Positions 11,737-25,330 of a stretch of DNA of 64,000 nt are shown in pieces. The notes under the pieces were generated by a model, which saw only the letters and a list, made by a program, of their open reading frames with translations, ran no database searches and was not told the origin of the DNA. A program made the translations under genes and the position numbers. Position 1 is the stretch's first letter; the number at the start of each line of letters is the position of its first letter. This stretch comes from Vicugna vicugna (Eukaryota), in the NCBI GenBank assembly GCA_013265495.1, contig MU061579.1:3655319-3719318 (forward strand), in the 5' to 3' direction.

Positions 11737-13479
11737 GGGACACGACACTAATTGCAAAAAGTAGTTTTGCAGCACAGTTCATTTTTAAAGTTCTTTTTTT
11801 AAAAGAATGATTCTGTCTGCTTGATATACTTTTGCCTTTTATGCATTTTTTTTCTGTGAATTTAACCCACAGTCCTTTTGCTGAAATACTAAGTGTTGCA
11901 TTGTAACCCCCAAAATAGTTTTAAAAGACGTGCTGGAAAGGTGAAGGGATGGAGTACCCCAAAAATATGGGATTGAAAGCTTTAATAAAGTGGGTTCGGG
12001 TCCAAGATCAAAGTCAGCAGAGGCAAATTCTGAGACCTAGTCCCTCAGGATCTCACCAAGGCATGTATTTCTATTACTTTTAAAGAAAGAGGAGTTTAGC
12101 TTTTCGAGAACTTAGTCTCCATTCTCTCAACTGTCTGATAGTTGGTATTTACTCGCTATGCAGAAATCCTTTGGAAATATTGTGGAGTTCTTTTTCTATC
12201 TCAGGATGAAAATAAGATGGGTGAATCTGTATGCACGAGTTGCCAGTGTTAGCAGCTTCATGAAGAACAACTAGAAGTGTAGATTCCATTCTGGAGGCAG
12301 ACTCGGGTCTGATTTGGGAGTGCATTGTCCTTTAGAGAAGCTCAAGGGCCTTATGAAGGCTGCATTGTCATCCAGCTATGCATTTGTTCTAGCACCTTCC
12401 CCATCCACAAATTCCGTTTTTTGTTTTTTTTTTTTTGAGATTACGAAAATCACATCAGGGATGAATAACACTTAAAATGGAAAAATCATTTTCTCCACTT
12501 CCTGAAACGTAAAAATAAAAGTGGGAAGAGTAGAGCGGCAGCGTTGTGAATGCAGTTATGACAATGTGTGTATCAATGAATAAAGCCATCTCTGCTGCAG
12601 CAGAATGACTTCTGCTCCACCCCTGTGTGGGCAATGCACCACCTTCTGTCGTCCTTAGAGTCCCATTTCCAGGGCTTCACAACAGTTTGAGTTGGTGCTA
12701 CTGGGGACAGAGGAAGAATTTCATGTTTATTAGAAACCATTTGGCTTCAGCGTATCAAGGTCTACATTTGATGGTTTTTTAAAGAGCAAAGTATCAGCAT
12801 ATGAAATGTGACTGTATTAAGACAGATTTCTAAAATTCCAATATGTTACACTTTCCAGAATAGACACATTGGTCAATGAATGAAAACAGTCTCCTATCAG
12901 CTCTATTAGACTGTCTGACACAATGTACAGATGGAATCAATTCACGAGAAGAATGTCTGCAGGAGGGAGCAGAGGGGTTAATATTTAAATATGATTTACT
13001 CATACTTGTAGTAGTACTCATGACAATGAAAAAATGAATTTAAGTGGACCTGAAGTCATATAATTGATGTGCTATAGTTGCACAGCACAGTAATCGGAAT
13101 GAAGGTATTAAAGGAGGTCATTCAGGAGTATCCAGACACACACAAAAAAAGCTCAATGCTTGTAGTTTTGAAGGGATCTGGCACTCTGTCTACTGAGATG
13201 TCTGGATATAACCAGCCTTAGATTTAGCTGTCTTATGGCAGAAGCACATAAACGCTTTCTCTTTCCTCTCTGGTGTGTCTGCCAATACACTGGGGATCTT
13301 TGAGAATATCTGATTAACCTCTGTATCTAAATGTTGTTTATAAATTAAATATATCCAGCTTTGAAATAAAAAATAAAAGAGTGAATTACCAGAGAAGACA
13401 AAAGAAATACTTGGGAGTATTCAATAAACAAAACTTTGGGTTGCTGCAATATATACAATACTAGGGTTAGTTTAGAAGG

Positions 13480-13945
13480 AGACACTTTTGGATGTTAGGC
13501 TGGGGCCAGAATATGCTGAATATTAGCAGTGCGGACTGGTAGAACTAGAGATACAATTTAAAGATGAGAAGATATAGAGGATTTAGAGACTCAAAGATGA
13601 TGTCAGATTTTAGGCATACAACTCAATAGACAGTGATTTCATTTAATGAGTTGGAGAAGACATGGATAGATTGCAGTTTGATGGAAGCTCTTTTAGTAGA
13701 AATCAATGGGACCTTTTGGATATAGCAATTTGGAAATACCTATTAGTGATAAACACAAAGAAAAGAAGATGGAGGCAGAATTTTGGTGACTTTAAAGGAG
13801 TGAATACCAGCAAAGAAGACTGAAGGAAGATAATGAGATGGGGGAAAAAATCAAGCTATGTAGTATCACAGAAGACAAACAGTATTTCTGGAGGGAAACT
13901 GAGAGTGGTAATTCTTTCAAATGTTACTGAGACATGCACAAAAAT
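13480..13945 (-). mobile_element. Degraded L2 remnant
   Basis: Purine-rich degenerate sequence (GACTCAAAGATGATGTCAGATTTTAGG; GATATAGCAATTTGGAAATACCTATTAG) that resumes after the L1 at ~14275. Confidence 0.5.
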
Positions 13946-13951
13946 GAAAAG

Positions 13952-14268
13952 AGGATTTTTAGGGCAATGAAACCACTCTGTGTGGTACTAGAGTAGTTGA
14001 GTCAAGTCATTATACATTTGTCTAAACCCATAGACTGTACAACACCAAGAGTGAACTGTAATGTAAGCTGTGGTCTTTGGGTGATAATGATATGTCAATG
14101 TAGGTCCATCAATTGTAGCAAATGCACCACTCTGGGTGAGGATATTGATACTAGAGGAGGCTATGCATGTGCAGGAGCAGAGGGTGTAGGGAAAATCTCT
14201 GCACCTTCTGCTTAATATTGCTGTGAATCTAAATCTACTCTTAAAATAGCCTATTTAAAGAAAAAAAT
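13952..14268 (+). mobile_element. L1MC-like 3' end
   Basis: GGATTTTTAGGGCAATGAAACCACTCTG...CATTATACATTTGTCTAAACCCATAGACTGTACAACACCAAGAGTGAAC... ending in an A tail. Confidence 0.85.
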
Positions 14269-14571
14269 TAACACAAGACATTGGCTATTGGCGTAAGCAT
14301 GAGGATGACTACCAGAAACCTGTTTCAGTAAAAGTATGTAGAATCCTCTTGGAGCTGGCTTAGGATAGAAGAAAAAGTAAATGCAAATACGGAAATATAA
14401 GCATATATCTTTTCAGAAATTTTGCTGTGAGATGGATAGTTTGGCAGAGTTACCAAGCACAAAACTGATTATGTTTGAAGCCTTTTGGAAATTTTATGTA
14501 TTTCCTTTGAATGTGACACTGAATAGAGGCTTATTTTAAGATGGATGTAAGCTTGTGAGTTGTAAAAATAT

Positions 14572-14745
14572 TAAGAACAGCAAACATTTACAGAGCACTA
14601 AACTGTGCCAGATACTACTCGGAATGAGTAGGTCCTCTTACCAGCATTATGTGTATCGTTTACCATTTTCCTGAGGAGACTGAAATGTAGAAATTAGAGT
14701 TACCTACGTTTATATGGCAGAGCTAAGGATAGAAACAGTTTAGGA
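14572..14745 (-). mobile_element. MIR SINE remnant
   Basis: AACAGCAAACATTTACAGAGCAC...CCATTTTCCTGAGGAGACTGAAATGTAGA. Confidence 0.6.
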
Positions 14746-15395
14746 TCTGAAACAAGCACACAAATAAGAAAAGAAGGCAGGAGGAGTGTCTGTTGGATCC
14801 AAGGGGTTGAGGAAAGTCAGAATGAAGGTGGGTGCTAAGAAGTGCTTCTGAGCCGTGGCTGAGGGTCATGGGACTAAAGAACATTTCTCAAAGTTTGTGC
14901 CACAAAGTAAATCGAAGGTGCCACAGCCAAGCCAGAAGAAAGGATTCTGAATGATTGATATAAAGATAGATGCACTTTTACTGCAACAAGAACAGAAGTA
15001 TAGAGATAAAAAAGAATGCAGTTAGAAAGGAGATTCACGAATTGAGAGCCAGGTGTCAGTTAAAGTTTATAAATGGATACTTTCAGGGTGTTACTTTTAT
15101 TTTTTTCAGTGTTCTTAGTTTACATTTACTTGAGTAAGCTGGGTTTTTTAAAGGTGAGTGGCCAAGATAGATTGGACCAGAAAAATATGAAGCAGAGATG
15201 AAAGAGAGATGTAAGAAAGCTACAAAGTGCTATGGAGCTTTAAAAAAGTGAAGCAGTGTTTGAAGGATGAGAAAAGTTTTCACAGAAAATTGACCAGTTA
15301 AGATGGGCCTTAAAAAAATGGATGAGAATTTAAAGATGAGTGATTAGAAGGACGTGTATTGTGGCTGGAGAAGCATCCTTAGTATCTCGTCAAAC

Positions 15396-15490
15396 CATTC
15401 ATTCATCCATTCATTCATTCATAAAACATGTATTTATTGACCTATTACGGGTACAGCACTTTTAATGTATTGAAAACTAGAGCATGAAAG
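15396..15490 (-). mobile_element. L2 3' tail with (CATT)n
   Basis: CATTCATTCATCCATTCATTCATTCATAAAACATGTATTTATTGACC. Confidence 0.7.
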
Positions 15491-16780
15491 AATAATTACA
15501 ATACCAACATAATTTACTACCATTATGTGAAAGTCAATAATTTACAGCAGTTGTCCAAGTGGTTATTTCAGACTTAAAAAACACACCTTAGAAAAGCTGG
15601 AGCAATAAAATATATAGCATAATTTACACTGAATAGTATAGAACATCATATATATAGCATGCATATGAGAAATATATATTCAATAAAAATAGCCAATAAA
15701 CCAATATGTGTATACATTTTAATATACTTTCTTGTATTCAGTTCTCTGAAAAATATTTTTTGTTTTACCTGCCCTATGCTTCTATATTTATAACTACAAT
15801 TAAATATGTAGTATAATTTAACATTGCACACTTTAACAAAAAACCTATTTACATAGTAATTATTTTACATAAATGTATACCATTTTATGGGACTCTAGAT
15901 ATTAAATCTACTTACTACATCTTCCCTACAACATTTGAAACTAATTAATTTCAGTAGAGGATTAGGAGCAAGTTTACTGAATTATTTTCATCATATCCAG
16001 GGTTTAATGACTCTAATTTTTATAAAATTAGATTATTTAATAATCCACAAACAAGCTTTACACTACATTACAGATTTATTTACTTTTTGTTTCCATTTTG
16101 CTTAACAGAGTGTTTTAACCATTTATTCCATTTAATCATGTCTTTGATTACTGGTGATTTGTCATCTTATATTTAGATATATACATTACATGCTCTAATT
16201 TTTCTTCATTGATAAAAGGATTATAACTTTCACTAATAAACACATTTAATTTGTAACTAACTAGGATCATTTAACTCCTTCCTGCTTCCAGGCAAACTAT
16301 CAGGACTTATATTTAACTACTTGAAGTTGATTTTATATCTGACTAAATGTATCTTTTTTTATGAAAATGCTTTATTTCAAGATATAAATCATCTAGCTAA
16401 TTGCCTCTACACCCCTTCAGTTTTCTCACTGAGGGCAACTTAACCTTCAGCTGTTGAAATCTGGCCACTATTTGTGAATTCAAAGTTTTCAAAACTATTG
16501 AAATTTCTATTTTCATCTAGTTCCTTAATTCTAACAACTGGACATCAGCCATGATCAAACAACCAAGCCCTTTCTTTGTACTAAGTTTCTTATAGCAGAG
16601 TCTCCATGTTATTGTCACGTGCCTGAACACTTGACATGATATTACAACTATGAGCTAATTCTTTCAGTGGGGGATCTTCCTTCTTACCGTCAGACTTGCT
16701 CTATTCTCAGATTCTACTCCTGTACCTCACCTGGGATCCATATCTTGTTTTGTTTTGTTTTGTTTTTGTATATATATATA

Positions 16781-16933
16781 TTTTTTTTTTAATTGAAGTA
16801 TAGTCAGTTTACAATGTTGTGTCAATTTCTGGTGTACAGCATGATAGTTCAGTCATACATGAACATACATATATTTTTTTTCATAGTCTTTTTTACCATA
16901 AGTTACTATAAGATATTGAATATAGTTCCCTGT
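16781..16933 (-). mobile_element. Younger L1 extreme 3' end
   Basis: T-tract then AATTGAAGTATAGTCAGTTTACAATGTTGTGTCAATTTCTGGTGTACAGC; same family as 44502. Confidence 0.85.
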
Positions 16934-17320
16934 AAATGCAATGGGTGACCCTGAACTGGATATTGTACCAGAATGAAAAGGGTTATTGAAATAATTAATG
17001 GTATTTGAATATAGACAATGTATTAGATAAAAGTGTATCAATATTAAATTTTCTGACGTTGATCACTGTACTATGGGTATATCAGAGAATGTTCTTGAAG
17101 CTATGAAATACAAATTTTAGTGTTTAGATGAAAAAGACTGTGATAATTACTATTTTAGTCTCAAATACCTCAGAAAAAATTATATAGATGGATTGAGAAC
17201 ATAAAGCAAATAGTGTAAACATTAAATAGCAGCTGAATTTGGATAAAAGTATACTGGAATCCTTTGTAGTATGCTGATTTTTTTTTTGGTAATTTGCAAT
17301 TTCTACCAAAATAGAAAAAA
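16933..17320 (+). mobile_element. Old L1ME/MD-like 3' region
   Basis: AAATGCAATGGGTGACCCTGAACTGGAT...GTATCAATATTAAATTTTCTGACGTTGATCACTGTACTATGG. Confidence 0.72.
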
Positions 17321-18702
17321 TTATTGGATGTATAAGTGGAATTTTAATATGAAAAAAATATGATCATTTGACATCCTGTAAACAGCTTAGTTTTAGAAAG
17401 CTAAACATATTCTTGAAGACAATTTATTAAACTTATAAGAATCATCTTAAGTATTTGGAAATATTTTGCTTGTTATTATTTTAAGCTTATTTCTTCAGGT
17501 ATTTTAGTGCTTAAAGAGAAAACTGAGCACTTTAAATATGTAATAAATTAATTTGATGAAGTTTTCAAGTGGAAATGATTATTGAAATATTGAGTTGATT
17601 TTTTTCTAACTATAATCAGAGCCTCTCCAGAAAATGGTATTTCTTTGGAACATGAAATTTAATTGATAAATAATATAATGACATATATAGATATGACTTA
17701 ACAACTTAAACATAACTAATTTTTCTAATTTGTTAACAAAAACTGTCTTTTGAAATCAGAATCTGACTCCACCAATTAAAAAAAAAAGGAAAATATCCTC
17801 ATTAATTGATTTCACGACCTGGACCTGATTTTCTGCACTGAGGCTCCCCTCCTGGGATGTGGTTGTTGCTGTGCTTTGCAGTTTATTCACTACTTATCTG
17901 TCTACCTCAACTCTTGTTTTTTTGCCCATAAGATGACTGTCTCTGTTAGGACTAGCCAAATTATCATTGTTTTAAGATTAGATTGAATGTTTATAACGTA
18001 AGATCTTAATGGAGAAGAGGATGAAATCATTTGGGGTAGATAATTCAATGTATAGCAGGACTAAAGATTGAAAAAATTTGTGGAAATAGTGAAAACCACT
18101 GCTTCTTCCTTTTTAGAAAAACAGAGGTCACTTGGCAAATCAACATCCTCTGGGGAGATCTTGCATGTGTCTGAAGTATGTTCTTATAACTTTTGATGTA
18201 ATTTCTATTTAATCATATTTGACAGCACTTAACAATTAAAGACACCATATTTTGACCCTGAGTTCTTAAGTCAGTTCTATAAAGTGACACTTGTGTTTGC
18301 TTTTGTGGAGAGGAAGGATTTGTCTTGATTGCTGATTTTCCTTTTATATCATTTGATGTTTTAGAATCGTGACATATTTGTAAGGTCAAGTAAAAAAATA
18401 TGCTGATGTGGAGGAATATGCAAGAACACGGTTTGCTTTTCAACTTTTGTTCTCTAGTTGAGGCAAAGTTAAAAAAAAAACAAACTGAAGTTTTATAGGA
18501 CAAACGCGTACTTCCCAAATGTGCTGATTACAGAAAAAAAGAAAAGTAGTTAACTTTCTATTGTTTAAATATTTCCTAACAAGTTCTGCTCAGGACAAAT
18601 TAATTGGTAACATTTTAAGAATTATCTGGAAAATAAAGGTTGAGCAAAGGACAACTTTTATAACCAAATGAGTGAAAAAAAAAAGTTTCATTTGCTTTTC
18701 AG

Positions 18703-19020
18703 TTAACTTTAACTTATAGAATAGTTTTTGATTCATAGAAAAATTGAGAAGCTAATAACTAGAGTTCCCATGTACCCCTCATCCAGTCTCTTCTATTATT
18801 AACATCATTATTAACATTACAAAATGGGGTATATTTGTCACAATTAATAAACAAATTACACTATTATTTATTAAATATCTAGTTTATCAGATTAACTTAG
18901 TTTATACCCAACATCTTTTTTCTCTTCCAGGATCCCATTCAGAGTGCCACATTACTTTTTAGTACTGATGTCTCCTTAGGCTCTTCTTGGTTGTGACAAT
19001 TTTTCAGACTTCCCTGCTTT
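18703..19020 (-). mobile_element. Old L1MC/MB-like 3' end
   Basis: AGAATAGTTTTTGATTCATAGAAAAATTGAGAAG...AGAGTTCCCATGTACCCC...TTCCAGGATCCCATTCAGAGTGCCACATTAC. Confidence 0.75.
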
Positions 19021-20754
19021 CTTGTTTTAGATCAGGAATTCTCAAAATTGTAAGAGTTGGAATAATGACTTCCAGGTTCTTTACATGCGGAAGCTGAAAC
19101 TATCAAGTCTAAACTATATTTTCAACTTTCCACTGGTTATTGTCTCCCCTCTCTATATGTTTGCAAAAAGACACTATGCTTCGCCACATTGCCTTAACAG
19201 TACGTTATTTTTTAGTTAAATATTTGATGAGCAAGAATTAAATTTCCCAAGGAACTTCAAAACATTTAACAGCAGGTAAATTTGTTTTTAAATTTTTTTT
19301 TTTATTTTTAAATCCATTTTTTAACATGAGGTTAAGACAACTGTTGTGCTTACCATATGCTTGTGTAGGAACATGTTCTGTGCATCTGTTATTTTACTGA
19401 TTGATTAGGAATATGTTATGAGAATTGTGAATTTGAAACCTCTCTAGTTACTGGCATCTACCACAACCTTAGTCCTGAAGAAATGAAAATTAGCCACCAA
19501 GAGTGAAAGTCAGTTTCGGAAAAAATATATACCAACTTCCTGACGTAGAAAAAAAATCATGCTAAAATGAGATTTCTTTTTTGTTTTTTTCTTTCTGTTT
19601 CCTTCTTCCTTTCTTTCATTAAACTGAAGAATAAAAGTCATCATAAAATGAAAATATATTTCCTGGCTTAAAATGACCTAAATGAAATAAATAAAAGACA
19701 AAATTACAGAGAACACAAAATTTAGGTAGCAGGAATCCTAAGTGAAGCATGGTTAATTAAATTTCCTAAAAAATGCAGATATATGTATATATATGGTGTC
19801 AGTATATATTAATTTAATGTTTCCTCTCCAGATATTTATTAGGTACCTACTACACACTAAATCCCATTAGAAAATAAACACAAGAATGATACAGATTTTT
19901 GTTTGAAGGAATAGATGCTCACAGTATAATAGAATGGATATATCTGGAGGGGATGTTATACAGCATTGAATCCAACACCTACATTCAGCGACCAGGAAAC
20001 TGAAGACCAGAGACTTCATTACAAAATGAATGTCAGGATCTCTAAAACCCGGTTCCTTGCTATAGTAGAAGAAATGTATTAAAAATAATAAGAACAAAAC
20101 TATAATGCAAAGATTAATATATTATATGTTATCAGAAAGTACTGATAAAATGCTATGTGTATGAAAATCATTTCATGTAAAGTAATTCAAAAACCACTTC
20201 TAGGTTTTTTTAGAATTACTACTTCAGTACCCAAAGTGATGTCCTCAGGGTTAATGGAGATCAGTTGGTCACCAGAACTTGAAAATATATTCACAGTATC
20301 TAGCTGTTTAAAGAAAAAATTTAGCTTAATCTATCACATTAGCTTCTCACTTGAAAATTCTGGTTTTTATCTCCATAGCTTTCTCCCTATACATAGCTCT
20401 TGTCAAAATATTTCACACGTAATCACAAAATCTTGGCCAAATATCTCATACCTGTCTTCAGTGTTTCTGTTCCAAATAGGTACTAGTAACACTTATCAAA
20501 TATAGAATAAACAATATGCTGGAAAAATCACAATACCTTTAGTAATCATCTGTTTCCAATAATACAGTCCCAAAACAGCAGTTAGTAGAATATGTGTAAT
20601 TTCACAACTTGTGTGCTTGGCAGTTACACTAAAATCAACATTTGGTGATAAAGTTATTTCTGGCAATGTGTGTTATTTATGTCAAAGACAATATATGTGT
20701 TACGTTTGAAGAAATTCTTACAAGCCATATACTGGGACAGAATACATGCAAGAC

Positions 20755-21264
20755 TGCAGTAGGCACCTTCTTAGATGACTCCTCAGAATGAATCCTCATC
20801 CCAGAATTCTCAGCCTTGTTAGTGTGTATTGGACCTAGTGACTTTCTAATGAATAGAATATGCCAAAGGGAACATGATACCACTTCCATGATTAGGTTAC
20901 GGAAGGCTGTGACTTGAGCTTGCTAGCCTTCTCCCTCTTGCCCTCTTGCAGAGTATATGATGCAGCAAGCTTCCATGTTGTAAACTGCTTTATGGGGAGA
21001 CACACGTGGCAAGGAACCAAGGGACACTTCCAGACAAGAGCTTGTGAGGATCAAGGACTCAGTTCAAAAACATGGGAGGAGCTAAATCCTGCCAACGTCA
21101 GGTGAGTAAACAGGGGACGTTGCCCCAGTCTAGGCTTGTGATGACTGCAGCTAAACTGTGTACAGATCCTTGACTCATAGAAACTGTGGGGTAAAAAAGT
21201 GCATGTTGTTTTATGCTGGTACCTTTTGGTGTAATTTGTTTCACAATGATAAATAACTAATACG
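20755..21264 (+). mobile_element. MLT1 (MaLR) solo LTR
   Basis: GGACCTAGTGACTTTCTAATGAATAGAAT...CACGTGGCAAGGAAC...AAATCCTGCCAAC...GTAATTTGTTTCACAATGATAAATAACTAATAC. Confidence 0.85.
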
Positions 21265-22314
21265 TGGTTTTAATGAACAGCTTGTGCTAGTGATGATGTT
21301 TATCTTGATGTTCTGTGATAAAACAGTTTTTCTTAATTGTTTTGATGACAGAGTAGATCACCTCGCCCTGAGTCACTATTTTAAGACTCAGAAAAGGAAC
21401 TTAAAATGAATTAACATATACCTACTTTCCAAGGGGTATTTCTATCTAAAAAGAAGAATCTAACATGAGATAGACACTTTAAGTTGGATAAATGCCACTG
21501 ATATTAAATCACAATTCAAGACACCCATTCTTCCTTCCAGGAACCTGCCCACCAACCCTGATTGTGAGATGTAAATGTGCCTTGAATTTTCACTAGGGAG
21601 TAAAATGATTCTTAGAAGACAACAAATGTTCTCTTCACAATGACAATGACCATCTGCAAGTTATTTCAAGGTTCTGAATTTTCATCTCAGCAGAAAATTA
21701 ATTATAAGACTATCTCAGCTTTTAATGGATTTTAAATGATCTAAAAATCCTCTCTGTATTTTTAATGTATAATTCTTTTATATTAATAGCAGAACAGATA
21801 TGAGGAATAAACTTTATGAAGCATACAGAACATCAATAACTCACCATGTATTTCAAGTCTTACACTTACTTTTTTTAAATGTATGCTCTGAATAAGATCA
21901 ATTTTCTCATAAGAAGCATTTGCAATGTAGCTGAAAATACTAAATAGAAATTTGCATTATTTCTTTAGGATGAATGCTGACTAATTTTCTCTCTCTTGTT
22001 GTTTAGTATAACTTTTTGTTCAAAATTTATTTGAAAGTCATTTTCACAACTGTAACACAAATATTTTCAAGCATAAGAAAATGTTTTTTTTTTTTTGTTT
22101 GCTAACCTAAATGGCAAAATTGTTCTTATCGTTGGTAGCATGATATACAAAAGTTCAAATTAGTCATGGAGCTCAAGAAAGCATTGTGAAGTGTTTACAG
22201 CTGATAATGACTTGGTAAAAATGTGTTTTTGTTAGATGTTGCAAAACTGCAACATTATACCAACCATTATAGATTTTACCAGAAGTGGATCAAAGTATTG
22301 AAGAAACAACCAAA

Positions 22315-22505
22315 GTATGCAGTTTGACTATAGGCTATCTATACCTCAGTTTTAACATTTATTAAAATGGGGATAATATAATAGTACTCATCTCAAAGAG
22401 TTGCTGTAAGGAATAAAGGAGTTACTATTGGTAGGGTGTTTAAACAGTGCCTAGCACATGTAAAGTGCTATATGTATCAACTATTATTATATTTTTATCA
22501 TTTTT
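22315..22505 (+). mobile_element. MIR SINE
   Basis: CCTCAGTTTTAACATTTATTAAAATGGGGATAAT...AACAGTGCCTAGCACATGTAAAGTGCT. Confidence 0.8.
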
Positions 22506-22659
22506 AGCATTATAATTCTGGCAGGAAATTACAGCTGTGTTGTTTGCTGCAAAGATGCATTCAGATACCTTGACCATAAAAAACAATGCAATTCACCAAA
22601 ATAGTAAATGCTGACCCATGTAAAATTTGTCATATAGTTAATTTAGACTAAGAAATGCA

Positions 22660-22705
22660 TATCCTTTCAGTAAATAACTAAATGTAGATAGGTAGATAGA
22701 AATAG

Positions 22706-22787
<82 letters not shown>

Positions 22788-23198
22788 CAAGCAAGCAAGC
22801 AAGCAAGCCTAAAATACTCCTGACAGTTGTTTGACAGAGTAGTATACAAAATAACCAAAAATTCTTCCTCTTTTTGAGTTTACATTTCAGTGACGGGGAA
22901 GGTGTGCAGATATAGAAGACAAATGAATACTTATGTGGTATGCCAGATGGTCATAAATGTTAAATGATACAGGAAGAAAATTAAAAGAAATAAAGGGCCA
23001 CTAGTAGAAGGGTGAGAGGGGATGCTCTAATTTTAAATAGAGTGCTCAGAAAAGGACTCCTTGAAGAAGAAACATTTGACCAAAGACTAAAGGAGGTGAG
23101 GGATAAACCACAAGGATAAGGGAGAGTGCTCTTCAGACATAGAAAACTGTTAATGCAAAGGCCCTGAGGTAGAATGGTACCTGGTGTGTTCCAGGAAA
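22660..23198 (-). mobile_element. L2 3' region interrupted by the microsatellite
   Basis: AATTTTAAATAGAGTGCTCAGAAAAGGACTCC...ACATTTGACCAAAGACTAAAGGAGG...TGCAAAGGCCCTGAGGTAGAA...TGTGTTCCAGGAA. Confidence 0.75.
22685..22808. repeat. Compound microsatellite (TAGA)n(GAAA)n(GCAA)n
   Basis: Directly visible adjacent tetranucleotide arrays. Confidence 0.97.
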
Positions 23199-24869
23199 TC
23201 TTAATAAAATATTTTACCTTAAAATCTAATGTAAAATGATCACAATATTTCTTATACCAAGAGGTCATTTTAGATGTTTTTTATCTTAAATACCTGATTT
23301 TTATTAAATTAAAATTATAACACTTATAGTAAAAGTGTAGTAAGTTCAACAAATCTGAAATGTACATAGCATTTTGAATTTTACAATGCATTACACTGTT
23401 TAGTGGTTTCAGAAATCTTGTGAAATGATGTTCTCTTTATAGAAGATAAGATAATGAGGTTCAGATAGTTTAGGCAATTCAGTCAAAGTTACCTAGGATA
23501 TTAGTGAAAAAAACATAACTTTAGCCCACGTAAGCAACAAAATTCCATTATTTTTTCTTGTGGTGTAACACTTTCAAATTGCAAGAAGTTCTCAAAAATA
23601 AGATATATGACATTTATCACCTTTAAACATTTTTTTATTGATCTTATGAAGTATTTTCATATTTAAATCAACTCCAAAATTTGTAATTTTGTGTCATTTC
23701 TTAGCTCAACTTCATATCAAGGAAAACAAAATATTTTGGAAAAATATTCCTACAGAGTTTAGTGCTTATTTTTTAACTATTGTATTATCTATCTTATTTC
23801 CTCCAATATAAGTAGTAGTAAATGGTTTCTCCAGTAGTAAAATGGTTGATACTTAATGGAAGAAGGAACAATACCTTAAAACAGGGACTCATCAGATAAC
23901 TACATGCACGTGCGTGTGCACACACACACACCTGAAGTGCCTGTTCTGACTACGCTAGGTTTATGTCATCACTGAATTTTCATTTATTAAAGATGAGGAC
24001 AATGCACCCATTCAAAGGCAGAGCTGTGAAATTTAATCTCACAAAGACTCTTATAGCCAAGTAGATTTTATTTTTGTCATAGGTTAAGTTTGATTTACTG
24101 TGGAAATTTAGTGCTAAAACCTACCATTTAAAAAAAAATCTGAGTTTTATAATAATAAGCAATTAACCGCACAACTATATATTATGATACAGTGTATTAA
24201 GTATCTGCGATGCTATCTCTACAAGAATATCATAAATTTATTAGAAATCCTAGAATTTTATACTTCTAATCAGAGAACAAAATTTTATTTTGATATATAT
24301 TTTAAAACATGTTATCAAAAAAATCTACCACTGATTTGTCAGAAGTATATTTCTGGATTATGTACATTTTATAATTGCTTTAGTAACTACATTGTTATGT
24401 ACAAAATAAAGTCACAATATAAATACATTTTGGGTATTAAATATTGCAGAGAGTACAAGAAATAATCACTAATACCTGTTTTACACTTCTTATAAAAAGG
24501 AAAATTATGCTAAATTACAACCTGTATGAAATATTTGAGTCTAGTTTTGGAGAAGCTTTTAAAAGTATTCATGAATTCTTCTAAAAGAAACATGTCTTTG
24601 TATCAACTAAATGCTATCGTATTTCTACATATATGTACTCTGAATTTAAAGAATGAGTATGTACTTCCACTAACTAAAAATTTAGTTCAAAATATCTTGT
24701 CATGAATGAACTGTACTATTAAGTAACACTTAAAAAGTTAGCCTTTCTACCTTAAATTGAATTTCTTCTCTCCAGCGGATGCTCTGATTTACAAAACAAT
24801 GAAATTTTCATCATTCAATGTATAGGCTCACCACTGTAATAGATGTCTGTTACTTTTTTGCTAACCACA

Positions 24870-25330
24870 ATGCTGGATGTATGTTAAGTTTTCCCTGCTC
24901 AGCATACGTGCACTATTTTTCCTATTGGAAACGTTCCCACTTTCTTTTCCAGAGCCACCATAGCCCTGTCTCATCCTCATGGTTCAAGGGTAGGTAAGTG
25001 GCCCAGTAAGACTCAATTTCAAATATTTTCTGCAGTTTTGGAAAAGAGAAATCTCATTTTCATTTGAGATAATGAAGCTAACAGATCAGAGATTTGGAGC
25101 TATAAGGATCATCTGGCCAAATGTGAATAGAGAAGGCTCTCTGCCTTCTTGAGGGTGAAACCAATATGGGGAAAAGCAAGATTAAGGTTTGAGAAAATGC
25201 AGGTTCCTGAAGACAGATTTAAACTCCTGGGGCCAGTCATTCCTGAAGCTGATTCTCTGAGTTTTACTTTTCAACGAAGCCGTACATTTCCAGTTTGAGT
25301 TTAATTTTTGTTGCCACAAAGAGTCTTGCA
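24870..25330 (+). mobile_element. Old MLT1 (J/K-like) LTR remnant
   Basis: TTTGGAGCTATAAGGATCATCT...GAAACCAATATGGGGAAAAGCAAGA...CTCCTGGGGCCAGTCATTCCTGAAGC...AAAGAGTCTTG. Confidence 0.55.

Noticed and set aside
13380..13394. 15-mer AGTGAATTACCAGAG identical to the exon-1 donor region at 10973-10987
   Set aside because: No extended similarity on either side; a single 15-mer match in AT-rich 64 kb is compatible with chance.
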